Assembly: GCA_051532055.1 (NCBI GenBank)
Contig: JAOPTX010000054.1
Coordinates: 1 to 27,250, forward strand
Reading direction: 5' to 3'
Source of the DNA: Fibrobacterales bacterium
Lineage (GTDB): Bacteria; Fibrobacterota; Fibrobacteria; Fibrobacterales; JAOPTW01
Length of the DNA stretch: 27,250 nucleotides
Made by a program: the position numbers and the translations under genes. Positions 1-8,636 of the stretch are shown here, piece after piece. The first letter of the stretch is position 1. Each line of letters begins with the position of its first letter. The notes beneath the pieces were generated by a model. The model was not told where the DNA came from and did not search any database. It was given only the letters and a program-made list of their open reading frames with translations.

Positions 1-2
1 AA

Positions 3-890
3 TATAAAAACAGCGGTATTTATCGACCGAGTAACGGCAGTAAAATGAATGGTGGCCCTGATGACTGTCACGCTCTCAATAATGATTGTGGCCATAACAT
101 GGTGGGGATCGAAAAGATCATTCATGACATTTATGAATTGGTAGACCCTGTTGATTTTCACACTGACACCAGCAAAACCCTCATCAATCCAGAAACCCTA
201 ACCCTCTCACTTATTGACTCTACAGTCTCTATGGTTGATTGGATTATTGACGGTGACACCATTCTCCCCTACGGTCCCACACAGCTATCGCTTAAGGAAT
301 ATTTGACAACCCCCGGAACCTACACCGTAACCGCGCGGATTTGGGATGAGGTTATTGCTCACGCTTTTTCTGACAACGTAAATCCTAATCCCCTTGATTT
401 GGTACGGAGCGATTTAGACAAACTTGAGAAAAGTGTGACATGGACTGTACAAATAACTGATGCGTATGGTATGAGCAGTTCTTCTGAGGTACTTTCCTCT
501 GCAACACCACTCAGCTCTTCAAGTGAGTTCGTATATTCAGAAGACATTGAAAATCCACCAATACTCCTTGAATCATCAGCTGAAGATATAGAAAGCTCCA
601 TAGACGCACTGGATGAAAGCAGTGAAGCGAAGACTGCTTTGGGTACACCGGTGACACCATTCTCAATTTCCCTTTCTTCACAAGGGTTGAGTATTAGATC
701 CGAATTGAATGGAGTAGCCCACATCAAAGTTTGGGATGTAATGGGTCATCTTCTCCTGAGTAAAGCAGTTCATACAGGGAATAATTCTCTACCGACACAC
801 CTCCCGACCCAACTCCCTACAGGCCTTTTGATCTATGGGATTGAGCACAATGGTGTGAGTGCTTCAGGAGTACAGTATTGGGTTCGTTAG
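3..890 (+). CDS. 5'-partial secreted protein, probable peptidase M64 (IgA peptidase-like) family C-terminal part, with Ser-rich linker and T9SS/Por-like C-terminal sorting domain
   Basis: The frame is open from the window edge (YKNSGIYRPSNGSK precedes the M at 45). GIYRPxxxSKM...EKIIHDIYELVDPVD resembles the C-terminal motifs of M64 metallopeptidases; the HExxH site would lie upstream of the window. An Ig-like segment, an SSSS linker and a tail (IKVWDVMGHLL...LPTGLLIY) resembling FCB-group T9SS sorting domains follow. Confidence 0.6.
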   Translation, partial: YKNSGIYRPSNGSKMNGGPDDCHALNNDCGHNMVGIEKIIHDIYELVDPVDFHTDTSKTLINPETLTLSLIDSTVSMVDWIIDGDTILPYGPTQLSLKEYLTTPGTYTVTARIWDEVIAHAFSDNVNPNPLDLVRSDLDKLEKSVTWTVQITDAYGMSSSSEVLSSATPLSSSSEFVYSEDIENPPILLESSAEDIESSIDALDESSEAKTALGTPVTPFSISLSSQGLSIRSELNGVAHIKVWDVMGHLLLSKAVHTGNNSLPTHLPTQLPTGLLIYGIEHNGVSASGVQYWVR

Positions 891-895
891 GGATT

Positions 896-920
896 GGGGT
901 AGTCGTCGCTACCCCCATTT
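896..920 (+). terminator. Possible intrinsic terminator
   Basis: GGGGTAG-tcgtcg-CTACCCC hairpin 5 nt after the stop, followed by only a short T run (cattt). Confidence 0.4.
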
Positions 921-1118
921 CAAACATAAGTTGTAGTCGAATACTGACTTGTTAGGAAGGGCTACAACGTGATACATTAACACAACCAAAACGTATCACC
1001 AAAAATAAATCATCTAAGCAGAGAATCACATTTGACTATTTATTTAATATATTTGCCTCTCAACGTCATAGACCTTGTATTACCCTAGCAGAACCATATA
1101 CACATTAGAGGCACTCCA

Positions 1119-3035
1119 ATGAAGCTCTTGCTTAACCTTCTTCTTATTACATCTATTTTTCTATTAACGCATTGCATCAATGAAACATCACTTGCTCAAT
1201 CAAGAGACTATACCATACAGGTAAATACCGATAATCCCATCACCATCGATAGTATATCCTTTACCCTTTTGAATAACAACTCTCAAATGAGTATCCCTAC
1301 TTTGACGAGTAGCAGTTGGGGAACGGGGACTTCCATTTCAAAAACTCTCACCATCAATGGTGATGAATCTTCTATTATCAATGTACAATATTCGGTTTAT
1401 TCACATGAGGTACTCCTTCTTACCAGAGAAGCTCATTTTAATTACACCGATAAGAACGTAGTCCCTAGAACCATTTATGAAAACAAGCCTGCTATTGCTA
1501 CGTTAACAGAATATGAACTTTTGTTGGAATCTTCTGACCTCAGCAAAAGCACACTCTTTGACTCCCTCTTCGTAATACATATAGTCGACAGTGATGATTC
1601 GTTATCGCAACAACTCGGAGTAGCGTACCTTTCGAGACCTCAAGCTGATACAACAAAACTCCTTGAGATGATACACGAGTTACTTTCTTTTCGCCATACG
1701 AGTGATGAGTATATTGCTGAAATAATTAAGAACAAATTCTCTGATGAGACACATCTTCCTGAACTCCCAAGCGCTATAGCCATTATTGAAACGTCCTCCT
1801 CTGAACCATTAAGCTCCAGTTCAATTGAATCGCCCCCCGAAACCACCCTTGCCTTTTGTTCAGACTCTTTAGATAACGACCACAATGGACTTATCGATTG
1901 CGATGAACCGTTATGTTTAAATTTTTCAGTGTGTTCTGAAAGCGGTACTGATTTTTGCCAAGACCAGTTAGACAATGATAATGATTCTTTTATCGATTGC
2001 CTCGATGACGAGTGTGCCTTAGAGAGCCATTGCCTTAATGAATCTTCTGCACTTTCTTCTGCCGTATCTTCATCACTATCCTCATCAACAATATCTTCTT
2101 CTTCAGCTCTCGTATCATCTTCTTCCCTGTCTTCATCTCTGTATTCATCTTCATCATTATTCTCTTCTTCCGCGCGCTCTTCTTCCGTATCATCGTCACT
2201 TGTGGTATCGTCCTCTTCATCCCTCTACTCGTCGAGTATAGAAATACCTACGAACGTTGAAAACACTGATGCCCTTTGTAGTGACCGCAGAGACAACGAT
2301 TCAGATGGGTTAATAGACTGTGAAGATGTTGATTGCGCCTTAACCTATGTATGTTCAGAAAAGGACTACCGTAACTGTAGTGATGGCCTTGACAACAACT
2401 ATAATGGCTACATAGACTGTGATGACCCTGAGTGTACCCCATTAGATATCTGTAAATGGTTTCCTTCTGATGCAAACGCTCTAGACTATTACCATTGTTT
2501 TGAAAACGGTACCGATCTTGAAGCGGTTCCCTGTATTCAAGAGTTTGATAACAGTACCACCAGTAATTTTAATACCTACACCAAAAACCTTCAAGGTGAC
2601 GTAGCCCTCACACTTTTGTCAGATAACAATTCAGACCTCGCATCGAAGTGTCAGTTGTGCATGGAAAATGACCCCCTTAAAATAACAAATGCCGAACTTA
2701 TATATAGACTTGGTACTCGGAGCTCTACAACGAAAGTAGATGTCTCTCTAGCCACTCTAACCCCCAGCACCAATGGTAACAGCTATATTGTATTTGATTT
2801 TTACACAAACAATACTTTTCAATCCGATTACTCATTAATAGAAATATGGGAAAGTGATCCTAAAGCATTTGTATTAGATATCTTAAGACTTTGGAATACT
2901 GACTCAAGTTATGTCGTTGAATATGAGCACCCACACTGGGCGGCTGGAGTAATGTCATTTCCGACAAATGAAGAATTAGTGGATTGGACCCTTAGGAGCG
3001 CATATTGCAATCACGCATTATGCTTAACTGATTAG
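1119..3035 (+). CDS. Lipoprotein with Ser-rich linker and four Cys/Asp-rich (CxDxxDNDxxGxIDCxDxxCx5C) repeats
   Basis: 638 aa; signal peptide ending LLTH-C; AGAGG upstream. Two pairs of repeats (e.g. CSDSLDNDHNGLIDCDEPLCLNFSVC) flank a ~65-aa poly-Ser tract. Confidence 0.85.
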   Translation: MKLLLNLLLITSIFLLTHCINETSLAQSRDYTIQVNTDNPITIDSISFTLLNNNSQMSIPTLTSSSWGTGTSISKTLTINGDESSIINVQYSVYSHEVLLLTREAHFNYTDKNVVPRTIYENKPAIATLTEYELLLESSDLSKSTLFDSLFVIHIVDSDDSLSQQLGVAYLSRPQADTTKLLEMIHELLSFRHTSDEYIAEIIKNKFSDETHLPELPSAIAIIETSSSEPLSSSSIESPPETTLAFCSDSLDNDHNGLIDCDEPLCLNFSVCSESGTDFCQDQLDNDNDSFIDCLDDECALESHCLNESSALSSAVSSSLSSSTISSSSALVSSSSLSSSLYSSSSLFSSSARSSSVSSSLVVSSSSSLYSSSIEIPTNVENTDALCSDRRDNDSDGLIDCEDVDCALTYVCSEKDYRNCSDGLDNNYNGYIDCDDPECTPLDICKWFPSDANALDYYHCFENGTDLEAVPCIQEFDNSTTSNFNTYTKNLQGDVALTLLSDNNSDLASKCQLCMENDPLKITNAELIYRLGTRSSTTKVDVSLATLTPSTNGNSYIVFDFYTNNTFQSDYSLIEIWESDPKAFVLDILRLWNTDSSYVVEYEHPHWAAGVMSFPTNEELVDWTLRSAYCNHALCLTD

Positions 3036-3043
3036 TATTTCCC

Positions 3044-3099
3044 CTTCTACCAATATGAAGACTACCTATTGCTCAATAAATTGAACCCAATCAGTATTA
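3044..3099. repeat. 56-bp exact direct repeat, copy 1 (orphan copy of the 3' end of the 6765-8636 gene)
   Basis: cttctaccaatatgaagactacctattgctcaataaattgaacccaatcagtatta is identical to 6743-6798 (offset 3699). Confidence 0.95.
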
Positions 3100-3215
3100 G
3101 AACACACCAAGCGTTTACCAGGGGTAAGCAAAACCGTGATATCTAAATCAAAATCGTAAAAACTTGATGAAACAAAGATCATGACTTACCTTTACACTAT
3201 CAACGTAGAGGGCTT

Positions 3216-5339
3216 ATGAAATACTTCGTACCATTATCGCTATTGTTCTTTCTGATATGTATCGCAGCATGTGGAAATACAGCAACAACACCCACTGACC
3301 TTTCAGTATCTTCATCAGTAATTGCGTCATCCGCAGTAGTAAGTTCTTCAGCAAATTCAAGTAGCGCAACCAATACTCAATCTTCACCCCTTTCTTCAGC
3401 AACACTCACAATCTCTTCTTCCCAAACAGCCCCACAAATTTCTACTCGTTCATCAAACAATAAGGCACTCTCGTCACAAACCACTCAACACACTACCTCT
3501 CCAAACCAAAACAATCATGATGGTGAGCTCCCTAAACCAGGAGCGAACAATCCAGTGATTGTAGCAGACTCTGTAACCTACCCCACTGAAAAGCTTGCGC
3601 TTGTGCGCACTTCCGACCCGAGCTGTAGTGACGATGTATATCTCACTTGTGTAACCCCTTATGAACATCGATACGAACACATCCCCCCCATCACCTACCT
3701 CTACCTGAATAGTTGTCATAGTGATGCTGATTCAATGGTTTCGGTTACTGATAGATATTGTGCTCAGGAATATTGCGCGTTATTTAACCCGACGCCCGTT
3801 CCCAACTGTAATCAAGGGGATACTACGATTGTTGAATATAGTTACTGGGGATGTGTTGAAAAGGCACGCTGTATAAAGAAACCAGTGTGTCAAGACGACA
3901 GGTTTTGTAATCTTCCTGAGCCACTTGCTAACCACTTTGATTCTGATATTCGCGTAACTATAAATGATAGATCATGGTATTGGACCGAAGAGCTTGATGA
4001 GGATACTGAAGAGCCACGAGTACCCTTGTACTGGGAACTCAAAGATGATGGGGATTTTTATCGTCAGATCGGGAAATTCCCTATTGATGTACTCCCCTCA
4101 CATATTGAAAACATGCATCATACCATCACTTCAATTGCCGCCTATAAAACAGTTGTAGAAGTTGTATTGGGGGAGCCAGAAATTGAGTGTGATTCAATAA
4201 GTGCTTCATTTGGAGTCTCTTTTACTGTTGAATGTAGAATTATTGACTTTAACAACAGAACCTATCCTACCAAATATGCAAGTCTTTCTTGGGACTATGA
4301 TGGCGATGGGAGTATTGATACTCTTATAGAACGCCCCCACATTTATGACAACAACAAATCTGAAGCACAAAATCTATTTACGTTTTTCTATCCCTATGAA
4401 GAGCGTGACCGTATCATTACCCCTATTCTTACGCTCGTTGATGATGACAGCAATCGTGTGAGCGACACCCTATCTATAACCATGAAGAATCATCCGCCAG
4501 AAGTACGGAACCCTCATTTTTCGGGGAGTGCTTATAAAGGTGCTACTCTCGTGGCTCAATTCGACTATTATGATTTACTGAATGACCCAGAGGGAGAGCA
4601 TCACTACCAATGGTTGAGAGATGGCATTACTATTTCTGGAGAAACAGACAAAGTCTATACCATTACCCAAGAAGATTTAGGAACTGTTGAATTATCAGTA
4701 GATATTCTCGCGGTGAGTAACAAAGGCACTCCCAGCGCAGACAGCGCCACCCGAGTTTCATTACCCTATATCGCTGACTGGGAATCATTTGCAGATAGTA
4801 GAAATGGAAATGAATATGAAGCCGTTAAGATTGGCTCTTACTTTTGGATGCGCCAAAATCTTGATTACCGTGGGGGTGACCATAAATGCTACGATGATGA
4901 TATGGCACTGTGTGATACCTATGGTGCATTATATAGTGAATCAGTGGCCAAAACAGTCTGTCCTACCGGGTGGGAGCTTCCTTCACGTTCCGATTTCAAA
5001 AATCTTGAGGATGCTATCAAAGCTGCAGCCAAGGTAACCCTCTACCCTGATGTCCATGCTCACCTTAAAACCTCAGATGGCTGGTCTCCTTTTGGAGGTG
5101 ATGATTCCCTTGACGTTCAAGGCAAAGACACCTGGGGAGTTTCTATAACTCCTGCAGGATACTATAATGAAAACTATGGTTACTCAACACAAGGAACGAT
5201 GTTTTCCATGTGGCTCAATGAACCCCCTGCTACTTTTAGTCGCTATACAGATATTTGGGTCGATTTTTCAGGTGAATTACCAGCGAGTGAAGAGCCGTAC
5301 AATAACTATCTTTCTGTACGATGTATTCGTAGGCCGTAA
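3216..5339 (+). CDS. FISUMP (Fib_succ_major) domain lipoprotein with Cys-rich, PKD-like and Ig-like segments
   Basis: 707 aa; lipobox IAA-C and S/T-rich linker. WDYDGDG is a PKD-like motif, and NHPPEV...YQWLRDG...YTITQEDLG is an Ig-like module. The C-terminus (FADSRNGNEYEAVKIGSYFWMRQNLDY...YGALY...VCPTGWELPS...LSVRCIR) is typical of FISUMP domains. Confidence 0.9.
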   Translation: MKYFVPLSLLFFLICIAACGNTATTPTDLSVSSSVIASSAVVSSSANSSSATNTQSSPLSSATLTISSSQTAPQISTRSSNNKALSSQTTQHTTSPNQNNHDGELPKPGANNPVIVADSVTYPTEKLALVRTSDPSCSDDVYLTCVTPYEHRYEHIPPITYLYLNSCHSDADSMVSVTDRYCAQEYCALFNPTPVPNCNQGDTTIVEYSYWGCVEKARCIKKPVCQDDRFCNLPEPLANHFDSDIRVTINDRSWYWTEELDEDTEEPRVPLYWELKDDGDFYRQIGKFPIDVLPSHIENMHHTITSIAAYKTVVEVVLGEPEIECDSISASFGVSFTVECRIIDFNNRTYPTKYASLSWDYDGDGSIDTLIERPHIYDNNKSEAQNLFTFFYPYEERDRIITPILTLVDDDSNRVSDTLSITMKNHPPEVRNPHFSGSAYKGATLVAQFDYYDLLNDPEGEHHYQWLRDGITISGETDKVYTITQEDLGTVELSVDILAVSNKGTPSADSATRVSLPYIADWESFADSRNGNEYEAVKIGSYFWMRQNLDYRGGDHKCYDDDMALCDTYGALYSESVAKTVCPTGWELPSRSDFKNLEDAIKAAAKVTLYPDVHAHLKTSDGWSPFGGDDSLDVQGKDTWGVSITPAGYYNENYGYSTQGTMFSMWLNEPPATFSRYTDIWVDFSGELPASEEPYNNYLSVRCIRRP

Positions 5340-5390
5340 GTAGTAATTTTCTCAATAATGCAGTATTCGCTACTACGATACCCTGAATTT

Positions 5391-5416
5391 AGGCAGCCGG
5401 CCATGGCTGCTTTCAT
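5391..5416 (+). terminator. Probable terminator hairpin between convergent genes
   Basis: GCAGCC-ggccat-GGCTGC followed by TTTC. Confidence 0.45.
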
Positions 5417-5474
5417 AAAAACCAAGTCACGTAATTGAGAGCCCCCAGAGCAGTATCGCAGAACTATAGCCCGC

Positions 5475-6572
5475 TTAGTTACCGCAAAACTTCATAACAA
5501 AACAATCGGTATCGGTGCAATCGACTAATCCATCACGATCATTATCCATACCATCAGAACACAGTATCGCAGAATTTTCTAATACTTGAGAGCAGTTGAC
5601 CATAACAAGACAATCGGTATCATTGCAATCAATTAATCCATCGTTATCATTATCAGCACCATCGGTACAGTAATCTAAAGTATTTTCGACAGGGTCCATG
5701 CACACTTCAAAAGCTTCGCACTCCTGATCATCGCAATCAAACAAACCATCGTTATCATTATCAGCACCATCAGTACAGTAATCTAAAGTATTTTCGACAG
5801 GATCCTGACATACTTCAAAAGCTTTACAATCCTGATCATCACAATCAATTAAGCCATTAAAGTCATTATCATAAGTATCAGTACAGGTATTGATAGTACG
5901 CTCTTGGCAATGAACAAACTGAGCGCACCCAAGCTCCTCACAATCAGTCACCGAGTTATTATCATTATCAATTCCATCAGTACACTCTGCATAGGTGTCT
6001 TCAACGAGATCATTCCGAATTATGATGGTATCAAACACCGTTTCATAAATAGTGTCATGCTTCACAATAATTGTCGTATCATGTTCTAGGGTAATAATGG
6101 TATCATACACTACTTCGATGAGGGTATCAACGGTAATACTGTATACCGTATCAATGGTAAGTTCAGATACTGTGTCTACCTGAGTTACCGTTACAGTATC
6201 GTACAGCACAATAGAGATCGTATCAAAAAGATGAATAAAGAAGGTATCTATCCGAGAGGTTGGTATTTTCTTTGGTAAGGGTAGCGTATCAGTAACCGAG
6301 AGAGTATCGTAAATTGAAATAGTATCGAGTACAGGAGTTGTATCAAGAATTGATACCGTATCATGTTTCCAAAGCGTATCAAGGAGTGAGAGAGTATCAT
6401 ACTTCCAAAGAGTATCTGTCACCCTAATCGAATCCTTCACAACCAAGGTATCTACAGTTACGTCCGAAAAGTTATCAGGATCGGTACACTCTTCATTAGT
6501 GCTATTAACTTCTGGAACGCAGCTACTCAACCATAGAGATACAAGTAAAGCAAATACTGATAGATATTTCAT
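5475..6572 (-). CDS. Lipoprotein with periodic D-[ST]-x repeat stalk and five Cys/Asp-rich repeats
   Basis: 365 aa; lipobox LSS-C. 20 D-T/S motifs at 6- and 8-residue spacing, then five CxDxxDNDxxxxxDCxxxxCx5C units. Confidence 0.9.
   Translation of the reverse strand: MKYLSVFALLVSLWLSSCVPEVNSTNEECTDPDNFSDVTVDTLVVKDSIRVTDTLWKYDTLSLLDTLWKHDTVSILDTTPVLDTISIYDTLSVTDTLPLPKKIPTSRIDTFFIHLFDTISIVLYDTVTVTQVDTVSELTIDTVYSITVDTLIEVVYDTIITLEHDTTIIVKHDTIYETVFDTIIIRNDLVEDTYAECTDGIDNDNNSVTDCEELGCAQFVHCQERTINTCTDTYDNDFNGLIDCDDQDCKAFEVCQDPVENTLDYCTDGADNDNDGLFDCDDQECEAFEVCMDPVENTLDYCTDGADNDNDGLIDCNDTDCLVMVNCSQVLENSAILCSDGMDNDRDGLVDCTDTDCFVMKFCGN
5625..5850. repeat. Intragenic ~108-bp (36-codon) tandem duplication; boundaries approximate
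   Basis: ccatcgttatcattatcagcaccatc(g/a)gtacagtaatctaaagtattttcgacagg occurs at ~5638 and ~5746, encoding DPVENTLDYCTDGADNDNDG twice. Confidence 0.85.
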
Positions 6573-6742
6573 GAAACTTCCATCTACTTAAATAGGGGTA
6601 CTATAAGATAGAAAAAATGAAGCTTCCGTCAAAAAGGGAGTACCACGCAAATAACCATAGCATAAACTGTGCTCAACCACTCAACCTGTAATATAAGGAA
6701 TGCAGTGAATGATTACCCAGCGAAGAAAGGACCTATTTGGAG

Positions 6743-6798
6743 CTTCTACCAATATGAAGACTACCTATTGCTCAATAAATTGAACCCAATCAGTATTA
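6743..6798. repeat. 56-bp exact direct repeat, copy 2 (last 34 nt of the CBM lipoprotein gene plus 22 nt downstream)
   Basis: Identical to 3044-3099; encodes NTDWVQFIEQ-stop on the minus strand. Confidence 0.95.
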
Positions 6799-8636
6799 AA
6801 ATCTTTACCAACAAACTGAAACTTCATTGTCCCCGTACCTGCTTTTAAACTAAAACTTCCCGTAGAAAGTAGGGTCCATTTTTCCCAGCCTCCTGTACTG
6901 TGTTGCGTAAATATTTTATCGATGAAGTTTGGTGATTGTTTGTTCCACAAGAATTGAAATTCATTAATAGTATTTGATAAGGCATCGGCATAGCGAATTT
7001 TCATTTTGTATGTCCCTGCTTTTAGCGTAACAGTATCAAAGTAGAGTTTCTCATTATTATTACTTAAGCCACCAGCATACTTATATCCGGAGCCCTTAAA
7101 GGTGATACGCTCATTTCTCGTTGCATGTTCTAATTCAAAATGATAAATGGTCTTACTTTTTGCAGACTCATTGCCTACGGCATCGTAGGCTGTCACATTT
7201 ATTTTTCCCGATTTGAATGCACTCGTTTTAATATCAAAATACGTTTGAGCAGTTGTCGCATATACCGACCCATTCTTATAGATTTTGTATCCTACCACCT
7301 TTTCATTATCAGTTGAAGCATTCCAACTAAGCCTAAACGCTGTATTTGCCGTTGTCCCCTGACTCGTTTTTAGTGTATGAGGTTTTGTTGGTGGTGCAGT
7401 GTCACCGATATACACAGGAGCAATAACTACATCTCCCCCAGAAACACTAACAGTGGTTGATTTCCCATCAAATTTTGCAAAGACCACATCCCCCACTCCA
7501 CTCACTTTTTTCCATTTTTTGAACGTGAAGCCAGACTCTAATGAGACGGATATACTTTCTGCTTTGCCTGATTCAACGACCCGTGTTGAAGCTCCCGTAA
7601 GGGTGCCACCTCTGATGGTATTTATGACAAGAGTATAGGTAACGCTCATTTGACTTGAGCTTACCACTTCAGAGCTCGATTGAACAACGGTACTACTTGA
7701 ACTGATCAACTCAGAACTGGAAACAATAACGACACTACTTGAACTAACCAACTCAGAACTGGAAACAATAACACCACTACTTGAACTGACCAACTCAGAA
7801 CTGGAAACAATAACGACACTGCTTGATCTGACCAATTCAGAACTGGATACAATAACACCACCACTTGAACTGATGGACTGAGAGCTGGAACTGATTACGG
7901 CACTACTAGAAGGTATAGACTCAGAACTCGAAACAACAACGACGCTACTTACAAGGTCAGATTCAGAACTCGAAACAATAACGACACTACTTGAACTCAT
8001 TGAATAGGTACTTGAGGACACTGATGATGAGCTCGATAGTGTTGTTGAACTGAGCACTGATGACGATATGGGTGGCATAACAGAGCTACTCATTCGTACT
8101 GCTACACTACTACTCGAAGAGAGCATGTCTGTATTATCAGCCTGATCTAAACTACTATAGGTAAACGTTATTATTCCATCAGTTATCTCATTCACTATCC
8201 TCTTTGCACTAATCACACTACTTTTTGCTTTTTTAACTTCGATATTTGCAGCTTTAATTAATTCCTCAGTTGCACCACTCTCTATGATACGGATTAATTC
8301 TAATTCCATTACTGCTACATTTTTAACCTCTCTATCCACAAACAATTGGGCCGTTTCTTGTAACTGCACCTTTTTTTCTTCAATGGTTTGCGCAAGTATG
8401 AGTCGTTCCTCAGCTGATATACTGCTATTGTTTTGGTACTCTGCTTCTAATGATAGGATTGATTCTCTCAAGTCTCTAAGAGACTGTTCAGAAATGGGTA
8501 TGGTTTGGATTGCTGAACTCTCTTGGCCATCCAAAGTACTCGTATCAATGGGTTCAATTCCTGCTGAACACCCAATAATCCAAATAACTATTCCCAGCCA
8601 CAGGCCTACTCTCGTTACAATAGTAGTATACTTCAT
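6765..8636 (-). CDS. Lipoprotein: coiled coil, Ser/Val tandem-repeat linker, InlB-B-like repeat, fibronectin type III domain and C-terminal CBM6/CBM35-like carbohydrate-binding module
   Basis: Start moved from 8693 to 8636: GGGGGA precedes MKYTT...WIIG-C (lipobox). DTAPPTKP...WNASTDNEKVVGYKIY...AYDAVGNES is the bacterial FN3 pattern. YKMKIRYA...STGGWEKW...LKAG...FNTDWVQF is CBM6/35-like. No catalytic domain recognised. Confidence 0.85.
   Translation of the reverse strand: MKYTTIVTRVGLWLGIVIWIIGCSAGIEPIDTSTLDGQESSAIQTIPISEQSLRDLRESILSLEAEYQNNSSISAEERLILAQTIEEKKVQLQETAQLFVDREVKNVAVMELELIRIIESGATEELIKAANIEVKKAKSSVISAKRIVNEITDGIITFTYSSLDQADNTDMLSSSSSVAVRMSSSVMPPISSSVLSSTTLSSSSSVSSSTYSMSSSSVVIVSSSESDLVSSVVVVSSSESIPSSSAVISSSSQSISSSGGVIVSSSELVRSSSVVIVSSSELVSSSSGVIVSSSELVSSSSVVIVSSSELISSSSTVVQSSSEVVSSSQMSVTYTLVINTIRGGTLTGASTRVVESGKAESISVSLESGFTFKKWKKVSGVGDVVFAKFDGKSTTVSVSGGDVVIAPVYIGDTAPPTKPHTLKTSQGTTANTAFRLSWNASTDNEKVVGYKIYKNGSVYATTAQTYFDIKTSAFKSGKINVTAYDAVGNESAKSKTIYHFELEHATRNERITFKGSGYKYAGGLSNNNEKLYFDTVTLKAGTYKMKIRYADALSNTINEFQFLWNKQSPNFIDKIFTQHSTGGWEKWTLLSTGSFSLKAGTGTMKFQFVGKDFNTDWVQFIEQ
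7692..7997. repeat. Intragenic 42-bp tandem repeat (14-aa unit, approx. VVIVSSSELVSSSS)
   Basis: Unit approx. actacttgaactgaccaactcagaactggaaacaataacgac. About four well-conserved copies (7692-7873), then degenerate copies to ~7997. Confidence 0.85.

Noticed and set aside
4788..5339. Diversity-generating retroelement targeting the FISUMP C-terminus
   Set aside because: No reverse transcriptase and no template repeat of this 3' region is visible in the window. The 56-bp repeat is exact (no adenine-specific mismatches) and belongs to another gene. A distant DGR cannot be excluded.
7692..7997. CRISPR array
   Set aside because: The units are contiguous, in-frame coding repeats with no unique spacers, and there are no cas genes.
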